NCBI GenBank assembly: GCA_024346625.1
Contig: AP024664.1
Location: 2,356,001-2,420,000, forward strand
Direction of reading: 5' to 3'
DNA: 64,000 nt
Source: Williopsis jadinii
Lineage: Eukaryota
Notes under the pieces: model-generated
Told to the model about the DNA's origin: nothing
Seen by the model: the letters and a program-made list of their open reading frames with translations, nothing else
The model's database searches: none
Translations under genes and position numbers: made by a program
Shown here: positions 63,151 to 64,000 of the stretch, piece by piece
Layout of the letters: each line of letters begins with the position of its first letter
Position numbering within the stretch: position 1 is the stretch's first letter

Positions 63151-63784
63151 GAAGTTATTCGCATCCATGAAAATCTATACTTTCAAGGGGTATTTAATTT
63201 TTGTTGATGTAGTGCGCGGCCCAAAAAATCTATAGAGGTTAAACTTTGGTGAAGTTATTCGCATCCATGAAAATCTATACTTCCAAGGGGTATTTAATTT
63301 TTGTTGATGTAGTGCGCGGCCCAAAAAAGCTATAGAGGTTAAACTTTGGTGAAGTTATTCGCATCCATGAAAATCTATACTTCCAAGGGGTATTTAATTT
63401 TTGTTGATGTAGTGCGCGGCCCAAAAAATCTATAGAGGTTAAATTTTGGTGAAGTTACTCGCTTCCATGAAAATCTATACTTTCAAGGGGTATTTAATTT
63501 TTGTTGATGTAGTGCGCGGCCCAAAAAATCCATAGAGGTTAAATTTTGGTGAAGTTACTCGCTTCCATAAAAATCTATACTTCCAAGGGGTATTTAATTT
63601 TTGTTGATGTAGTGCGCGGCCCAAAAAAAATCTATAGAGGTTAAATTTTGGTGAAGTTACTCGCTTCCATAAAAATCTATACTTCCAAGGGGTATTTAAT
63701 TTTTGTTGATGTAGTGCGCGGCCCAAAAAAAATCTATAGAGGTTAAATTTTGGTGATGTTATTCGCATCCATAAAAATCTATAG
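63151..63784. repeat. ~100-bp array with one extra copy (6 full plus a partial)
   Basis: Offset to the first unit rises by 100 bp across the array. Confidence 0.93.
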
Positions 63785-64000
63785 GGATTCCATATGGGAG
63801 TTCCATGGGGGTTCCATGGAAATCTTCAATTTTAGTGATGTGGCGCGCGATCTTGAAAATCTAACTACAAGACTTGGTCTATATGGACTGTCTACAATAG
63901 ATGTTTCCAGTAGATGCCCACCTTTTTGGTTGGGTTGCGCCCTGTTGAAAAATTCATTTGTAGGTGTTGATGTATAAAGTGTAAGAAGAACAAACCTCTC

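Overview
The window is a tandem nuclear rDNA array of a budding yeast (Saccharomycotina). ITS1/ITS2 look like Cyberlindnera jadinii (Candida utilis) from recall, not verified. It holds the 3' part of one 25S gene, four further 35S units (18S-ITS1-5.8S-ITS2-25S, + strand) and six 5S genes on the - strand inside the IGS. Unit spacing (25S to 25S) is 13310, 12354, 12436 and 12394 bp. The long IGS is built from nested subrepeat arrays (25/27, 9-14, ~175, 14 and ~100 bp) whose copy numbers differ between neighbouring units. Three structural anomalies stand out. (1) One 25S copy has a clean 635-bp deletion that removes most of the peptidyl-transferase region and the sarcin-ricin loop. (2) At 56462-58030, ~1.57 kb of non-rDNA, pseudogene-like sequence stands in place of the Pol I promoter and the whole 35S unit. 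(3) A 419-bp IGS duplication has a mosaic junction. No protein-coding gene is well supported; most ORFs are shadows of rRNA or repeats. Array assemblies are error-prone, so every anomaly needs long-read confirmation.
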